A stretch of 64,000 nucleotides of DNA, taken from positions 1,833-65,832 of the forward strand of contig NZ_JAUNHL010000006.1 in the NCBI RefSeq assembly GCF_030523955.1, read 5' to 3'. Below the pieces are notes generated by a model. That model made no database searches. It had not been told where the DNA came from and saw only the letters and a program-made list of their open reading frames with translations. How positions within the stretch are numbered: position 1 is the first letter of the stretch; each line of letters starts with the position of its first letter. Positions 1-8,903 of this stretch are shown here, one piece after another. Source of the stretch: Neisseria sp. (lineage in GTDB: Bacteria > Pseudomonadota > Gammaproteobacteria > Burkholderiales > Neisseriaceae). The position numbers were made by a program, and so were the translations under genes.

Positions 1-674
1 GCGGCGCCGGCCACCGTTTGCAGGCGCACGCGCGCCACAGAGATGCCCATGCTCACGGCGGTGTCTTCGCCCAGCATCAGAATATCCAGCTTTCTGCCCG
101 CGCCCAACAGCAGCGCCAAACCCGCCAGCATCGCGCCTGCGGCATAAGCGGGTGGCGTAAAACCCGCTTCGGCCAAGCTGCCCGACAACCAAACGGTGGC
201 GCTGCGCAACACCAAATCGTCGGACAAAAACAGAATCAGGCTCACCAGCGCCGCCGAAAACGCGCTCAACACAAAACCCAACACCAGCAAACCCAGCGTG
301 CCGCCGCCCAGCAGCTTATGCGCCGCCAGAATCAACAGGCACATCGCCAGCGCACCGGCAAACGCCGCCAGCGGCACGCCGATGCCGCCGATGCCGAAAG
401 CCAGCACGCAGATCACGCCCAAGGCCGCGCCGCCGGAGGTGCCGATCAGGCTGGGGTCGGCCAGCGGGTTTTCAAACAGCGCCTGCAAAGCCGCCCCCGC
501 CGCCGCCAGCGCCGCGCCGACCAGCAACGCCGTCCACACGCGCGGCAGGCGGATGGCGCGCACGGTTTCGTCCGCTTGGTGCGGCATTTGCCATTCGCCG
601 AAACCGATGCCGGTGCAAAACCAGATTAAGGCGGCGGTGGCGGTTAAAGCGAGCATCAAGGGAACGGGTTTCAT
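1..674 (-). CDS. hmuU: FecCD-family ABC transporter permease, HmuU/BtuC-like; the N-terminal 224 aa are in the window and the C-terminus runs off the 5' edge
   Basis: Reverse-strand translation from the ATG at 674..672 reads MKPVPLMLALTATAALIWFC...AIRLPRVWTALLVGAALAAAGAALQALFENPLADPSLIGTSGGAALGV. The RLPRV motif and TM pattern are those of FecCD permeases. It lies downstream of hmuT and hemS in a heme locus. Confidence 0.7.
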   Translation of the reverse strand, partial: MKPVPLMLALTATAALIWFCTGIGFGEWQMPHQADETVRAIRLPRVWTALLVGAALAAAGAALQALFENPLADPSLIGTSGGAALGVICVLAFGIGGIGVPLAAFAGALAMCLLILAAHKLLGGGTLGLLVLGFVLSAFSAALVSLILFLSDDLVLRSATVWLSGSLAEAGFTPPAYAAGAMLAGLALLLGAGRKLDILMLGEDTAVSMGISVARVRLQTVAGA

Positions 675-707
675 GATATTGAAATAATGGGTAAATAGCG
701 GATTAAC

Positions 708-745
708 AGGCCGTCTGAATACCTTCGACAGGGTCTTCAGACGGC
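708..745. repeat. Canonical-dialect DUS inverted pair (aggccgtctgaa ... ttcagacggcct) forming a hairpin between hmuT and hmuU; a Correia TIR fragment (atagcggattaac) is adjacent
   Basis: Perfect inverted 12-mers containing GCCGTCTGAA, separated by a 16-nt loop. Confidence 0.7.
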
Positions 746-924
746 CTGGAACCTTTGCCAAATTCCTTGCAACATCTTCAAACCCCTACGTCATGCTCAG
801 GCTTGACCCGGGCATCTTTTGGTTTCAAAAGAAATATACAGATACTCGGGTTGGGCACGAGTATGACGGGATAAAAACATTTTCAGGGGGGAGGCGCCTT
901 TTTATAAAGCTCCCGGCCTGATGG

Positions 925-1713
925 TTATTTGGCCAAATCATGCAGTTTTCTCACCACTTGCGGCGTATCCAAACCGTAGCGGAACATATCGTTGGCCGGC
1001 CACAGGTAAATTCTGCCGTTTTTGGCGGCGGGGCTGGCGGCCACTTCGGGGCGCGCGGCAAACTGTTGCACGCCGCCGATAACTTTGGCGTTGTGGCCGG
1101 CAATCACAATCACATCGGGTTTGGCGGCCAGCCACGCTTCGCGGTTGAGCGGTTTCATGCCGTCGATATGGGCGGCGGCGTTGGTGCCGCCGGCGCGGCG
1201 GATGATTTCGTCGGCGGCGGTGTTGCGCCCCGCCGCAATGCGGCCGTCGTAGCTGAACAGATAACGCTTGCCGCTGGCGGGCTGTTGTTTCATTTCGGCC
1301 TGCCATTTGTTTGCCAGCGCATCGGCTTGGGCGGTTTTGTTAACCAGCCTGCCCAGCGTGCGGATGCTTTGCGGATAGGCGGCGATGCTGTCGTTTGGCG
1401 CAATGTTGACGGCGCGGATGCCGGCGTTTTTCAGGCGCTCATAAATCGCGGCGGGCTGCACCATCCACGAACCGACCGCCAAATCGGGTTTGGCGGCGAT
1501 AATCGGTTCGACCGAGAGCTGGCGGTAAATGCCTATACTCGGTTTGTTTTTCAGCGCGGGATTCTGATTGGTTTGGTCGCGGGCAACGATTTCGCCGGCC
1601 GCGCCCAGCGCCACGGCAATATCGGCCACATCGGGCGACAGCACCACAATGCGCTGTGCCTGCGCGGTTTGCAGGGCGGCAAGTAAAACGGCGGCGAGCA
1701 AGTATTTTTTCAT
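925..1713 (-). CDS. hmuT: Periplasmic heme/hemin-binding protein of an ABC transporter (HmuT/TroA class)
   Basis: The ORF is trimmed to the internal ATG at 1713 (MKKYLLAAVLLAALQTAQA signal peptide). It is 263 aa with a class III SBP fold pattern and sits in the heme locus; the longer N-terminal extension in the ORF track translates repeat DNA. Confidence 0.65.
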   Translation of the reverse strand: MKKYLLAAVLLAALQTAQAQRIVVLSPDVADIAVALGAAGEIVARDQTNQNPALKNKPSIGIYRQLSVEPIIAAKPDLAVGSWMVQPAAIYERLKNAGIRAVNIAPNDSIAAYPQSIRTLGRLVNKTAQADALANKWQAEMKQQPASGKRYLFSYDGRIAAGRNTAADEIIRRAGGTNAAAHIDGMKPLNREAWLAAKPDVIVIAGHNAKVIGGVQQFAARPEVAASPAAKNGRIYLWPANDMFRYGLDTPQVVRKLHDLAK

Positions 1714-1724
1714 GGCTATGCTTT

Positions 1725-2140
1725 CCTTTGCTTTTTTCAGACAGGCATGTCCGGTGCAAAGGCCTGTCTGAAAACTTGTTACGTATCGGTTGTTTTGGCG
1801 GCGCGGGGAGACAAATCTGAGATTTGTTGCCCTCTCCCTAGCCCTCCCCCGCGGGGGAGGGAATAAGGTTGCTGGAATAGCAGCCGTATTTGCTAATTTC
1901 GGCAATCCGTTCTTTTTTCAGACAGGCATGTTCGGTGCAAAGGCCTGTCTGAAAGCTTGTTACGTATCGGTTGTTTTGGCGGCGCAGGAAAATAGACCTG
2001 CGGTTTGTTGCTCGCTTCCTAGTCCCCACAGGGTAGGGAATGGATTGTTGGAAACCGCCATGCATGATTGATTATTCAGCAACCTGTTCCCTCCCCCGTG
2101 GGGGAGGGCTAGGGAGAGGGCAGTAAGCCGCAGGCTTACC
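1725..2140. repeat. NIME-like repeat block: two diverged tandem ~190-bp units, each opening with a DUS hairpin, bracketed by 20-bp palindromes (ccctcccccgcgggggagggaat / ttccctcccccgtgggggaggg)
   Basis: 1725-1800 and 1913-1988 are near-identical (ttttttcagacaggcatgtYcggtgcaaaggcctgtctgaaaRcttgttacgtatcggttgttttggcggcgc). dRS3-like GGGAAT/ATTCCC ends sit at 1846-1871 and 2083-2108. Confidence 0.7.
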
Positions 2141-2176
2141 TTTCACCAAGCACAAAAGCCAAACCGATTGTGCCGT

Positions 2177-3217
2177 TCAGACGGCCTGCAACAAGCGGTC
2201 GGTGATTTCCCGCCAAGCGGCCAGTTCGGGTTCGCCTTCCTGCCGTCTGCCGAAAATCTGAATCACCGTTTTGCGGCGGCTGTCGAAGCCTTCTACGCAG
2301 GTAACGAAGCCGTCGCGTATCGGGCGGCGCACTACCCAGGTTTCGGCGATTTCGTCGTCTTTCAGGTGCAGGCTGAAGCCTTCTTCTTGGCCGTCGAGAA
2401 TGTTCAGATAGCCGCGGGCGCGCACGAGGTTGTGCACTTTGCCGGTTTGAATCTGCACGATGCCTCGGTTGCCGGCGAAAATCATGATTTCCAAGCCTTG
2501 CTCTTTCGCCTGCTCCAGCACCTGCTGCCACGCTTCCTGCGTGAGCAGACGGGTGGCGCCGGCGGGGGCGTGGCGGTAGGCGGTTTGGCGGTCGAGATTG
2601 AAAGTTTCGAGCAGGCCGCCGAAATGGTGCACGTCTTTCAGTTCGTTCCAACGCTCTTGAAACGCGGCTTCTTTTTCGGGCGTTAATGCGGCGGCGGCTT
2701 CCACGGGCGGCAGCCCGCCGCTTTGGAACGCGGGCTTGCCGCTGCGGCCGAAAGCGGCCAGCAGCGCCTGCCATTCGGCTTCTTTACCCTCTTCTTTTAA
2801 AAACACTTTCTGCACCGCCACGCCGAATTCGTCGTAAAACTGCACCGAGCGCGAAACCTTGCCGCCGTCGCGGGTGGTAACGGCCAGCGCATGATGCCAG
2901 CGCGCGGGGAAGATGCGCAGGTCGATGCCGCCGATATTGAGGGCGATGCCGGAAGTGGGCGCCATGCTCACGTTTTCATAAATGCCTTGTTTTTCGTGTA
3001 CGCACACACTGTTGCGCACCACGCACTGCACCCGCCCCAAGGTGTGCAGTTTCAATACGATGTCGCGGATGTTTTCTTTGCCGCCGAGGTAAACGCTTTC
3101 GGGCGCGTCGGCCATCAATGCGCCTTCGCTCACGCCCAGTTCGGCCGCGCCTTCGCGGGGAAAATAAACGCCTTGTTTGCCGGCTTTGTTGGCTTGGTAT
3201 TGTTGCCAGAGGTTCAT
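2177..3217 (-). CDS. hmuS: Hemin transport/degrading protein, ChuS/HemS/HmuS family
   Basis: 346 aa, against ChuS at 342 aa, with a two-repeat architecture; it lies between the heme receptor and hmuT. Confidence 0.75.
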   Translation of the reverse strand: MNLWQQYQANKAGKQGVYFPREGAAELGVSEGALMADAPESVYLGGKENIRDIVLKLHTLGRVQCVVRNSVCVHEKQGIYENVSMAPTSGIALNIGGIDLRIFPARWHHALAVTTRDGGKVSRSVQFYDEFGVAVQKVFLKEEGKEAEWQALLAAFGRSGKPAFQSGGLPPVEAAAALTPEKEAAFQERWNELKDVHHFGGLLETFNLDRQTAYRHAPAGATRLLTQEAWQQVLEQAKEQGLEIMIFAGNRGIVQIQTGKVHNLVRARGYLNILDGQEEGFSLHLKDDEIAETWVVRRPIRDGFVTCVEGFDSRRKTVIQIFGRRQEGEPELAAWREITDRLLQAV

Positions 3218-3236
3218 CAGTTGTTTCCTTTCATGT

Positions 3237-3279
3237 TTTCAGACGGCCTGTCCCATACCGCAAAGGCCGTCTGAAAAAA
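3237..3279. repeat. Canonical DUS inverted pair (ttttcagacggcct ... aggccgtctgaaaa) hairpin between the heme receptor and hmuS
   Basis: Inverted GCCGTCTGAA copies with a 13-nt loop; likely a terminator or attenuator. Confidence 0.7.
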
Positions 3280-3289
3280 CGGTTTGCCG

Positions 3290-5479
3290 TTAAAACTTCA
3301 CCTGTACCGTGGCCGCCACGTTGCGGCCGCTCATGCTGTACAAATCCATCACGCCGGTATCGGCCATGCCGGCCACATCAACGTGCTGCCAGTATTTTTT
3401 GTTGCCGAGGTTGTAGAGGTTCAGCCCCAATTCGACGTTTTTCACCGGTTTGTACCACGCGCCGATGTCCCACACGCCGTAGCCCGGCGTTTTGAAGAAA
3501 CTTTCGTCGCTCACGCGTTTCTGCTTGGCCGCCCAGCGCAGCTTGGCGCCTGCACCCCATTTTTCCTGCACATAATCCAAGCCGAGCACGCCGTTGAGCG
3601 GATAGGCGGTGTCGAGCGGCTTGCCTTCGCCGTCTTCGCCGCGCATCCAGGCGATGCTGCCGTTGAGATGCCAGGCATCATTCAAACGGTGGGAAGCGGC
3701 CGCTTCGATACCGTAGGTTTTCACTTTGTCGAGATTACCGTATTGATACACCAGCACACCGTTTTCGGTGCCGATGAGTTGGCGGTTGATGAAGTCGCGG
3801 TAGCGGTTGTAGAACGCGGTTACTTGCGCCTTGCTGTTTTCGCCTTTGTATTTCAAACCCAATTCAAAGCTGTTGGAACGCTCCGATTTCAGATTATTGT
3901 TGGGCACGATTTGGTAACCGTATTGGGTGTTGGAAAACGACATGGTGGCCGAATCGAACGGCGGCGTGCGGAAGCCCTGCGAATAGGTGGCGAAACCGGT
4001 GAATGCGTCGCCCATCGGCCAGCTTAGGCGCAGGCTGGGGGTGATTGCGCTGTCGCTGAAGTTTTGCGGCAGGCTTTCGGGGTTGGCGTTCAGATAGGCT
4101 TGGTCGATTTGCGGCTTCAGCTTTTCGTATTCGTAGCGCAGCGCGGGCGTGAGCACCACGCCGTTGGCAAAGGCGATGCTGTCTTGCGCATACACGCTGA
4201 AGGTGCGCCGTTTGCTGTCGGGGAAGGTTTTATTGGGATAGAGGCTGCCGGCATAGCTTTTGCTGGTGCTGCCGTCCGAATTAACCGTGAGGCTGTCGCG
4301 GCTGCGCTCGGTGTCGACGTGTTTGAATTCCGCCCCCGCCACCACCGTGTGTTTCAGACGGCCTGTGTCAAACTCGGCCACCGCACGGCTGCTGATACCG
4401 TTGGCGGTTTGGTCGAAGCCGTAGTCGGAATAACGGACGCCGCTGCCGACGGTGCGGCCGTTAATCGCGGTTTCGCTCGTGTTCACCGCATCGTCCTGTG
4501 CTTTGAGCTGCTGGCGGTAAAACATGATCTCGGCTTCTTTCAGACGGCCTCCGCCCATATAACGGTAGCCCAAGCCGAAGCGTTGGCGGCGGGCGGAATC
4601 ATACGCTTCGGCCAGGCTCTGCGTGGTGATAACCGTGGTCGGGCCGCGCACCACGCTGCTGCTGCCCAGCGTGTTGAGCAAATCGGTTTCGTTTTTGCGG
4701 TAAAACTGCTCGAGCACGGCTTCGAGGCGGTGGTTTTCGTTGCCGATATTGCCTTTGGCCAAAATATTGTAGCCGTTGTTGTCTTGCGGATTGTTTTTGG
4801 TGCGGCTGCTGTCGCGCGTATCGACGCTGCCTTTGTTTTTGATTTCATGCCCTTGGCGGCGGGTGAGCATCAGCAGACCCTCGGCGTTTTCGGTGTAGCC
4901 CGCCGCCGTGGCGGTTAGGCCGTGGCTGTTGTCGCGGCTGCGGTAGCCGTATTTCAGGCCGAAGTGATAAGGCTTGTCGGCATCGACGAAATCGCGCGGC
5001 GAATAAGTGGCCAGATTCACCACCCCGCCCAGCGCATCGCTGCCGTAGAGCGCGGAATACGGCCCTTTCACGATGTCTGCCTGCTTGAGCGTATCGGGTT
5101 CGACCAGATCGCGGCCCGAAATCGCACCGTTGCTGCCGCCGCCCGCATACGCCTCCGGCAGGCGCACGCCGTCCACCATCATCAGGATGCGGTTACCGTC
5201 GATGCCGCGGATATTTACGCCCGCGTTACCGCGGCGGGTGTTGTCGGAGGGCACCCACACGCCCGGCTCGTATAAAAACACATCATCCAGATTCGCAGCC
5301 GCAGCCTGATTCAGGGTTTGCCGCGACACCACCGCCACATTCGGCGCGGCTCGGTCGAGCTTCTGCGCGTTGCGGTCGGCGGTTACAGTAACGGTTTCCA
5401 ATTCGGCGGTTTGGGCAGCGGCATAAGGCAGGGCGCTGAACAAGATGGCGACGGCGTAGACGGTCGGTTTGAGTTTCAT
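3290..5479 (-). CDS. TonB-dependent heme/hemoglobin outer-membrane receptor
   Basis: 729 aa with a signal peptide MKLKPTVYAVAILFSALPYAAA, a TonB box ETVTVTA and a C-terminal ...QVKF. FRAP-like (GFRTPPF) and NPNL-like (VPNNNL) boxes are present, and hemS is adjacent. Confidence 0.8.
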   Translation of the reverse strand: MKLKPTVYAVAILFSALPYAAAQTAELETVTVTADRNAQKLDRAAPNVAVVSRQTLNQAAAANLDDVFLYEPGVWVPSDNTRRGNAGVNIRGIDGNRILMMVDGVRLPEAYAGGGSNGAISGRDLVEPDTLKQADIVKGPYSALYGSDALGGVVNLATYSPRDFVDADKPYHFGLKYGYRSRDNSHGLTATAAGYTENAEGLLMLTRRQGHEIKNKGSVDTRDSSRTKNNPQDNNGYNILAKGNIGNENHRLEAVLEQFYRKNETDLLNTLGSSSVVRGPTTVITTQSLAEAYDSARRQRFGLGYRYMGGGRLKEAEIMFYRQQLKAQDDAVNTSETAINGRTVGSGVRYSDYGFDQTANGISSRAVAEFDTGRLKHTVVAGAEFKHVDTERSRDSLTVNSDGSTSKSYAGSLYPNKTFPDSKRRTFSVYAQDSIAFANGVVLTPALRYEYEKLKPQIDQAYLNANPESLPQNFSDSAITPSLRLSWPMGDAFTGFATYSQGFRTPPFDSATMSFSNTQYGYQIVPNNNLKSERSNSFELGLKYKGENSKAQVTAFYNRYRDFINRQLIGTENGVLVYQYGNLDKVKTYGIEAAASHRLNDAWHLNGSIAWMRGEDGEGKPLDTAYPLNGVLGLDYVQEKWGAGAKLRWAAKQKRVSDESFFKTPGYGVWDIGAWYKPVKNVELGLNLYNLGNKKYWQHVDVAGMADTGVMDLYSMSGRNVAATVQVKF

Positions 5480-5557
5480 GAGTCCTCCAGGCGGTTCTGC
5501 AAAAATAATCAGCAGCTTTTGTTTGCTTTTTAACTAACACAAATCAAAGTTCAATAA

Positions 5558-5576
5558 AATAATAACAATAATGATT
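5558..5576 (-). promoter_or_regulatory. Putative Fur box upstream of the heme receptor
   Basis: aataataacaataatgatt matches GATAATGATAATCATTATC at 13/19 positions, about 80 bp upstream of the start. An inverted repeat tgattcctatttgtaaacaggaatca overlaps it. Confidence 0.35.
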
Positions 5577-5662
5577 CCTATTTGTAAACAGGAATCATTC
5601 ATATTTAAGCTGTATAATCAGAAATTCAGACAGGCATTGATATGGAAAGGGAGAAAATTTTT

Positions 5663-5821
5663 TATAGCGGATTAACTTAACTTTCGCTACGGCGTTGCTG
5701 CGCCTTAGCTCGAAGAGAACGATTTTGTAAGCCGCTAAAGCGGCAACAGAATCGGTTCCGTACTTACTTGTACTGTCTGCGGCTTGCTGCCTTGTATCGA
5801 AAGCTAATTAAATCCGCTATA
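5663..5821. mobile_element. Correia-like repeat-enclosed element, long form of about 159 bp
   Basis: Terminal inverted repeats tatagcggattaac ... ttaatccgctata. The core (ggcgttgctgcgcctt...tgtactgtctgcggcttgctgccttgt) is homologous to the neisserial Correia element consensus. Confidence 0.75.
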
Positions 5822-5895
5822 TTAATCTATTGCTTAGCTTGATTAACTGTTTTTGCTTTGATGAAACAAATGAGTGGATACAGAGAAGTGCCGGT

Positions 5896-5923
5896 TTGAC
5901 AATATTTGCCGGCTTTATATGAA
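5896..5923 (+). promoter_or_regulatory. Candidate sigma70 promoter (TTGACA-16-TATGAA) upstream of the efflux OMF gene
   Basis: Hexamers read directly from the sequence; this would give a leader of about 290 nt. Confidence 0.3.
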
Positions 5924-6211
5924 ATGAATATTTGTTCAGGTGCTGGCATGAAGCGGTGCGTTTTCAACATGGCCCGCGTTTTGCACAAGTTGTATGTTGA
6001 AATTTTCAGACAGGCATTTTGCAACGTTTCATTTATCTGCCTGATTCTTATGAGAAGCAAACAGCGTGGAAGAAAATACATCAGAAATTCACTGCTTCCG
6101 GTGTGGTTTCTTAACACGCAAAACGGTGGTGGATGGGTGCTGACGGTTGAGCTTGACACTGATTTGTGTAACCATCGGTGCCGTTCGGATGATTTGGGAA
6201 AAACCGTTTTT

Positions 6212-7633
6212 ATGAATATTTTATTTGCACGATTAGCTGCCGCCGGTGTGCTGGTTGCTACGCTTGCCGCTTGTGCGGTAGGGTCGGATTATCAAAGGCC
6301 GTCTTTGAACGTGCCCTCTGCGTTCAAGCAGGCGGAGGCGGGCGGGGCTTTGTGGCAGCCGGCTGCGGTGCGGTCGGTTGACAGTGCGCGTTGGTGGACG
6401 GTTTACGATGATGAGGTGCTCAACGGTTTGATGGACAAGCTCAACCGCCAGAACTTCAGTATTGCCGAGGCCGAGGCGCGATACCGTTCGGCTGCGGCGG
6501 CGGTGCGCCAAGCCGAAGCGGGTTTTTACCCGACGGTGGGCGCGGATGCTTCGCGCAGCCGCAGCCGTGCCAACAGTAACGGCGAGGCGGTGTACGGTAC
6601 TGTTGATGCGGCGGGTTTGAGCGTATCTTGGCTGCCGGATTTATGGGGCAGCGTGCGCCGCCAAACCGAGGCGGGAAGGGCTTCGGCCGATGCGGCGGCG
6701 GCGGCGCTGGCGGCGGCGAAACTGGCGGCGCAGGCGCAATTGGCGGATGCTTATCTGAAATTGGTGGTGGCCGACCGCCAGCTGGCTGCTTTGCAGCAGA
6801 ATGTGAAGGATACGAAGCAGTTTTTGCAGTTAACGCAAAACCAATACCGCGCCGGCATCGCCGACCAAAGTACGGTGGAGCAGGCCAACAGCCAGCTGAA
6901 AACCTTGCAGGCACAACAGGCGGCTTTGCACTTGAGCCGTGCGCAATTGGAGCATGCGATTGCGGCGGCGCTGGGCGAAGCGCCGGCGGCTTTCTCGCTG
7001 GATAGCAGGCATGAGGAAGTGGGTCTGCCGCAGATACCTGCCGGGCTGCCTTCCGGTTTGTTGCAACGGCGGCCGGATATTGCCGAAGCCGAGCGTGAAG
7101 TAGCGGCAGCCAATGCGCAAATCGGTGTTGCACAGGCTGCTTATTTTCCGTCGTTAACGCTGGGCGGCAGCATCGGTTTTCGCGGCAGCAGCTTTGCCGA
7201 TTTATTGAATTTGCCGAATTTGGTGTGGTCGGTCGGTCCGCAATTGGCGGCGACCTTGTTTGACGGCGGGCAGCGCCGTGCCGCCACCGCTCAGGCACGG
7301 GCGGATTATGAGGCGGCGGTTGCGGCCTACCGGCAAACGGTGATTACCGCGTTTCAGGAAGTAGAAGACAACCTAGCGGCGCAACAACGCTTGGCTGAGC
7401 AGGCGCGTTATCAAGGCGAAGCGCTGGAGTCGGCGAGAAAGGCGGAAACCATAATGATGAATCAATATAAAGCCGGTGTGGCCAGCTATCTTCAGGTGCT
7501 CACCGCACGCAGCAGCCGTTTGAGCGCCGAGAGCAGCTGGTGGAGCGTGAAAAGCAGCCAATACAGCGCCAGCGTGAACCTGATTGCGGCTTTGGGCGGC
7601 AGTATTCCGGCGGAAGGCTCAAGCAATCGGTGA
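6212..7633 (+). CDS. RND/T1SS outer-membrane factor lipoprotein, NodT/OprM/TolC family
   Basis: Start trimmed to the ATG at 6212; the lipobox is MNILFARLAAAGVLVATLAAC. The protein is 473 aa with the two-repeat coiled-coil OMF architecture; the 5' extension in the ORF track translates a DUS. Confidence 0.75.
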   Translation: MNILFARLAAAGVLVATLAACAVGSDYQRPSLNVPSAFKQAEAGGALWQPAAVRSVDSARWWTVYDDEVLNGLMDKLNRQNFSIAEAEARYRSAAAAVRQAEAGFYPTVGADASRSRSRANSNGEAVYGTVDAAGLSVSWLPDLWGSVRRQTEAGRASADAAAAALAAAKLAAQAQLADAYLKLVVADRQLAALQQNVKDTKQFLQLTQNQYRAGIADQSTVEQANSQLKTLQAQQAALHLSRAQLEHAIAAALGEAPAAFSLDSRHEEVGLPQIPAGLPSGLLQRRPDIAEAEREVAAANAQIGVAQAAYFPSLTLGGSIGFRGSSFADLLNLPNLVWSVGPQLAATLFDGGQRRAATAQARADYEAAVAAYRQTVITAFQEVEDNLAAQQRLAEQARYQGEALESARKAETIMMNQYKAGVASYLQVLTARSSRLSAESSWWSVKSSQYSASVNLIAALGGSIPAEGSSNR

Positions 7634-7642
7634 AACCGTAAA

Positions 7643-7682
7643 ATGCCTGTCTGAAACGGTTTTTTGTTTTTCAGACAGGCAT
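7643..7682. repeat. DUS inverted pair (atgcctgtctgaaa ... tttcagacaggcat) terminator-like hairpin
   Basis: Perfect inverted 14-mers of the ATGCCTGTCTGAA dialect. Confidence 0.7.
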
Positions 7683-7723
7683 TGGCCTGTTGTTTATACT
7701 CACTTTATTTTCGGGAATTTTTA

Positions 7724-8620
7724 ATGACACAATCTATGCAAACTTTGGCCGACTGCATCGGCAATACGCCTTTGGTGCAACTGCAACGCGTGGCGGCGCA
7801 CACAAATTCGACGGTGTGGGCCAAGCTGGAAGGCAATAATCCGGCCGGTTCGGTGAAAGACAGGCCGGCTTTCCATATGATTATCGAGGCAGAGCGGCGC
7901 GGCGAGATTCGGCCGGGCGATACGTTGATCGAGGCCACCAGCGGCAATACCGGCATCGCGCTGGCGATGGCGGCGGCCATGCTGGGTTACCGCATGATTT
8001 TGCTGATGCCGAAAAATTCCACCCAAGAGCGCAAGGATGCGATGGCGGCATACGGCGCGGCTTTGCTGGAAACGGAAAGTATAGAGGCGGCGCGAGATCA
8101 GGCGCTGGAAATGCAGCGGCAGGGCTTGGGCAAAGTACTCGACCAGTTTAATAATCCGGATAATAAAATGGCGCATTATCTGAGCACCGGGCCGGAAATT
8201 TGGCAACAGAGCGGGGGCAAGATCAGCCATTTCGTCAGCTCGATGGGCACCACCGGCACCATCAGCGGCGTGGCGAAATATTTGAAGGAACAGAATCCCG
8301 CTATTCAGGTTATCGGTTTGCAACCGGATGAGGCTTCTTCGATTCCCGGCATCCGCCGCTGGCCGCAGGCTTATCTGCCGGGCATTTTCGAGGCGCAGTG
8401 GGTGGACAGGATTTTGGATGTCAACCAGCAGGATGCCGAACGTTTTATGCGTAAGCTGGCGCGGGAAGAAGGGGTGTTTGCCGGTGTTTCTTCCGGTGCG
8501 GCGGCGATGGCGGCGGTGCGGATTGCCGAAGAAAATCCCGGCGCGCAGGTGGTGTGTATTGTTTGCGACCGGGGCGACCGCTATTTGTCTACCGGTTTGT
8601 TTGGTGCGCAGGATGATTAA
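7724..8620 (+). CDS. cysM: Cysteine synthase (CysM-like, PLP-dependent)
   Basis: 298 aa from the ATG at 7724. It carries GNTPLV, LEGNNPAGSVKDR and SSGNTG motifs and is collinear with E. coli CysM. Confidence 0.7.
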   Translation: MTQSMQTLADCIGNTPLVQLQRVAAHTNSTVWAKLEGNNPAGSVKDRPAFHMIIEAERRGEIRPGDTLIEATSGNTGIALAMAAAMLGYRMILLMPKNSTQERKDAMAAYGAALLETESIEAARDQALEMQRQGLGKVLDQFNNPDNKMAHYLSTGPEIWQQSGGKISHFVSSMGTTGTISGVAKYLKEQNPAIQVIGLQPDEASSIPGIRRWPQAYLPGIFEAQWVDRILDVNQQDAERFMRKLAREEGVFAGVSSGAAAMAAVRIAEENPGAQVVCIVCDRGDRYLSTGLFGAQDD

Positions 8621-8860
8621 ACTGTGTGTTGATTGATCACACTGTTATCCCGAGCTTGATGCAGGTATCTTGGAACCGGCGGAATGAAAGATGCTTGGGT
8701 TAAGTCTGAATAGGAATGCCTGTCTGAAAACGGTTTTTAGACAGGCATTTTATGACTTGGCATAGGGAATGACTTTCGGATTGGATTTGCACGTGTGTTT
8801 GCCGTTTCCATGAAAACGCGTGGCTGCTTGGTTTGCTTGAATATAAAGGAAATAATAAGA

Positions 8861-8893
8861 ATGCCTGTCTGAAACGTTTTTTCAGACAGGCAT
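8861..8893. repeat. DUS inverted pair; a second, degenerate pair lies at 8716-8748
   Basis: atgcctgtctgaaacgttttttcagacaggcat. Confidence 0.65.
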
Positions 8894-8903
8894 TTGGCCT
8901 TAT

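Noticed and set aside
18-687. Plus-strand ORFs 18..629 and 196..687 with low-complexity Ala/Gln/Arg-rich products
   Set aside because: They are the antisense of a clean FecCD permease (hmuU) reading frame on the minus strand. Their composition is the typical shadow-ORF artefact of a GC-rich gene.
938-1771. ORFs 938..1306-, 940..1686+, 1022..1252+, 1439..1759- and 1568..1771+
   Set aside because: All overlap hmuT in other frames or strands. They have Arg/Gly/Ala-rich low-complexity products with no motifs.
1790-2071. ORFs 1790..2071+ and 1838..2065- inside the NIME-like repeat block
   Set aside because: They translate DUS and palindromic repeat DNA (the 'FFQTGMF..ACLK' signature of DUS in frame). 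They are non-coding repeats.
5906-6211. 103-aa N-terminal extension of the OMF gene from the ORF-track start at 5906
   Set aside because: The extension contains an in-frame DUS (..IFRQAFC..) and no signal peptide. The lipobox sits exactly at the internal ATG at 6212.
6456-7298. 280-aa Pro-rich ORF antisense to the OMF gene
   Set aside because: It is a shadow ORF of a GC-rich gene, with no start context or motifs.
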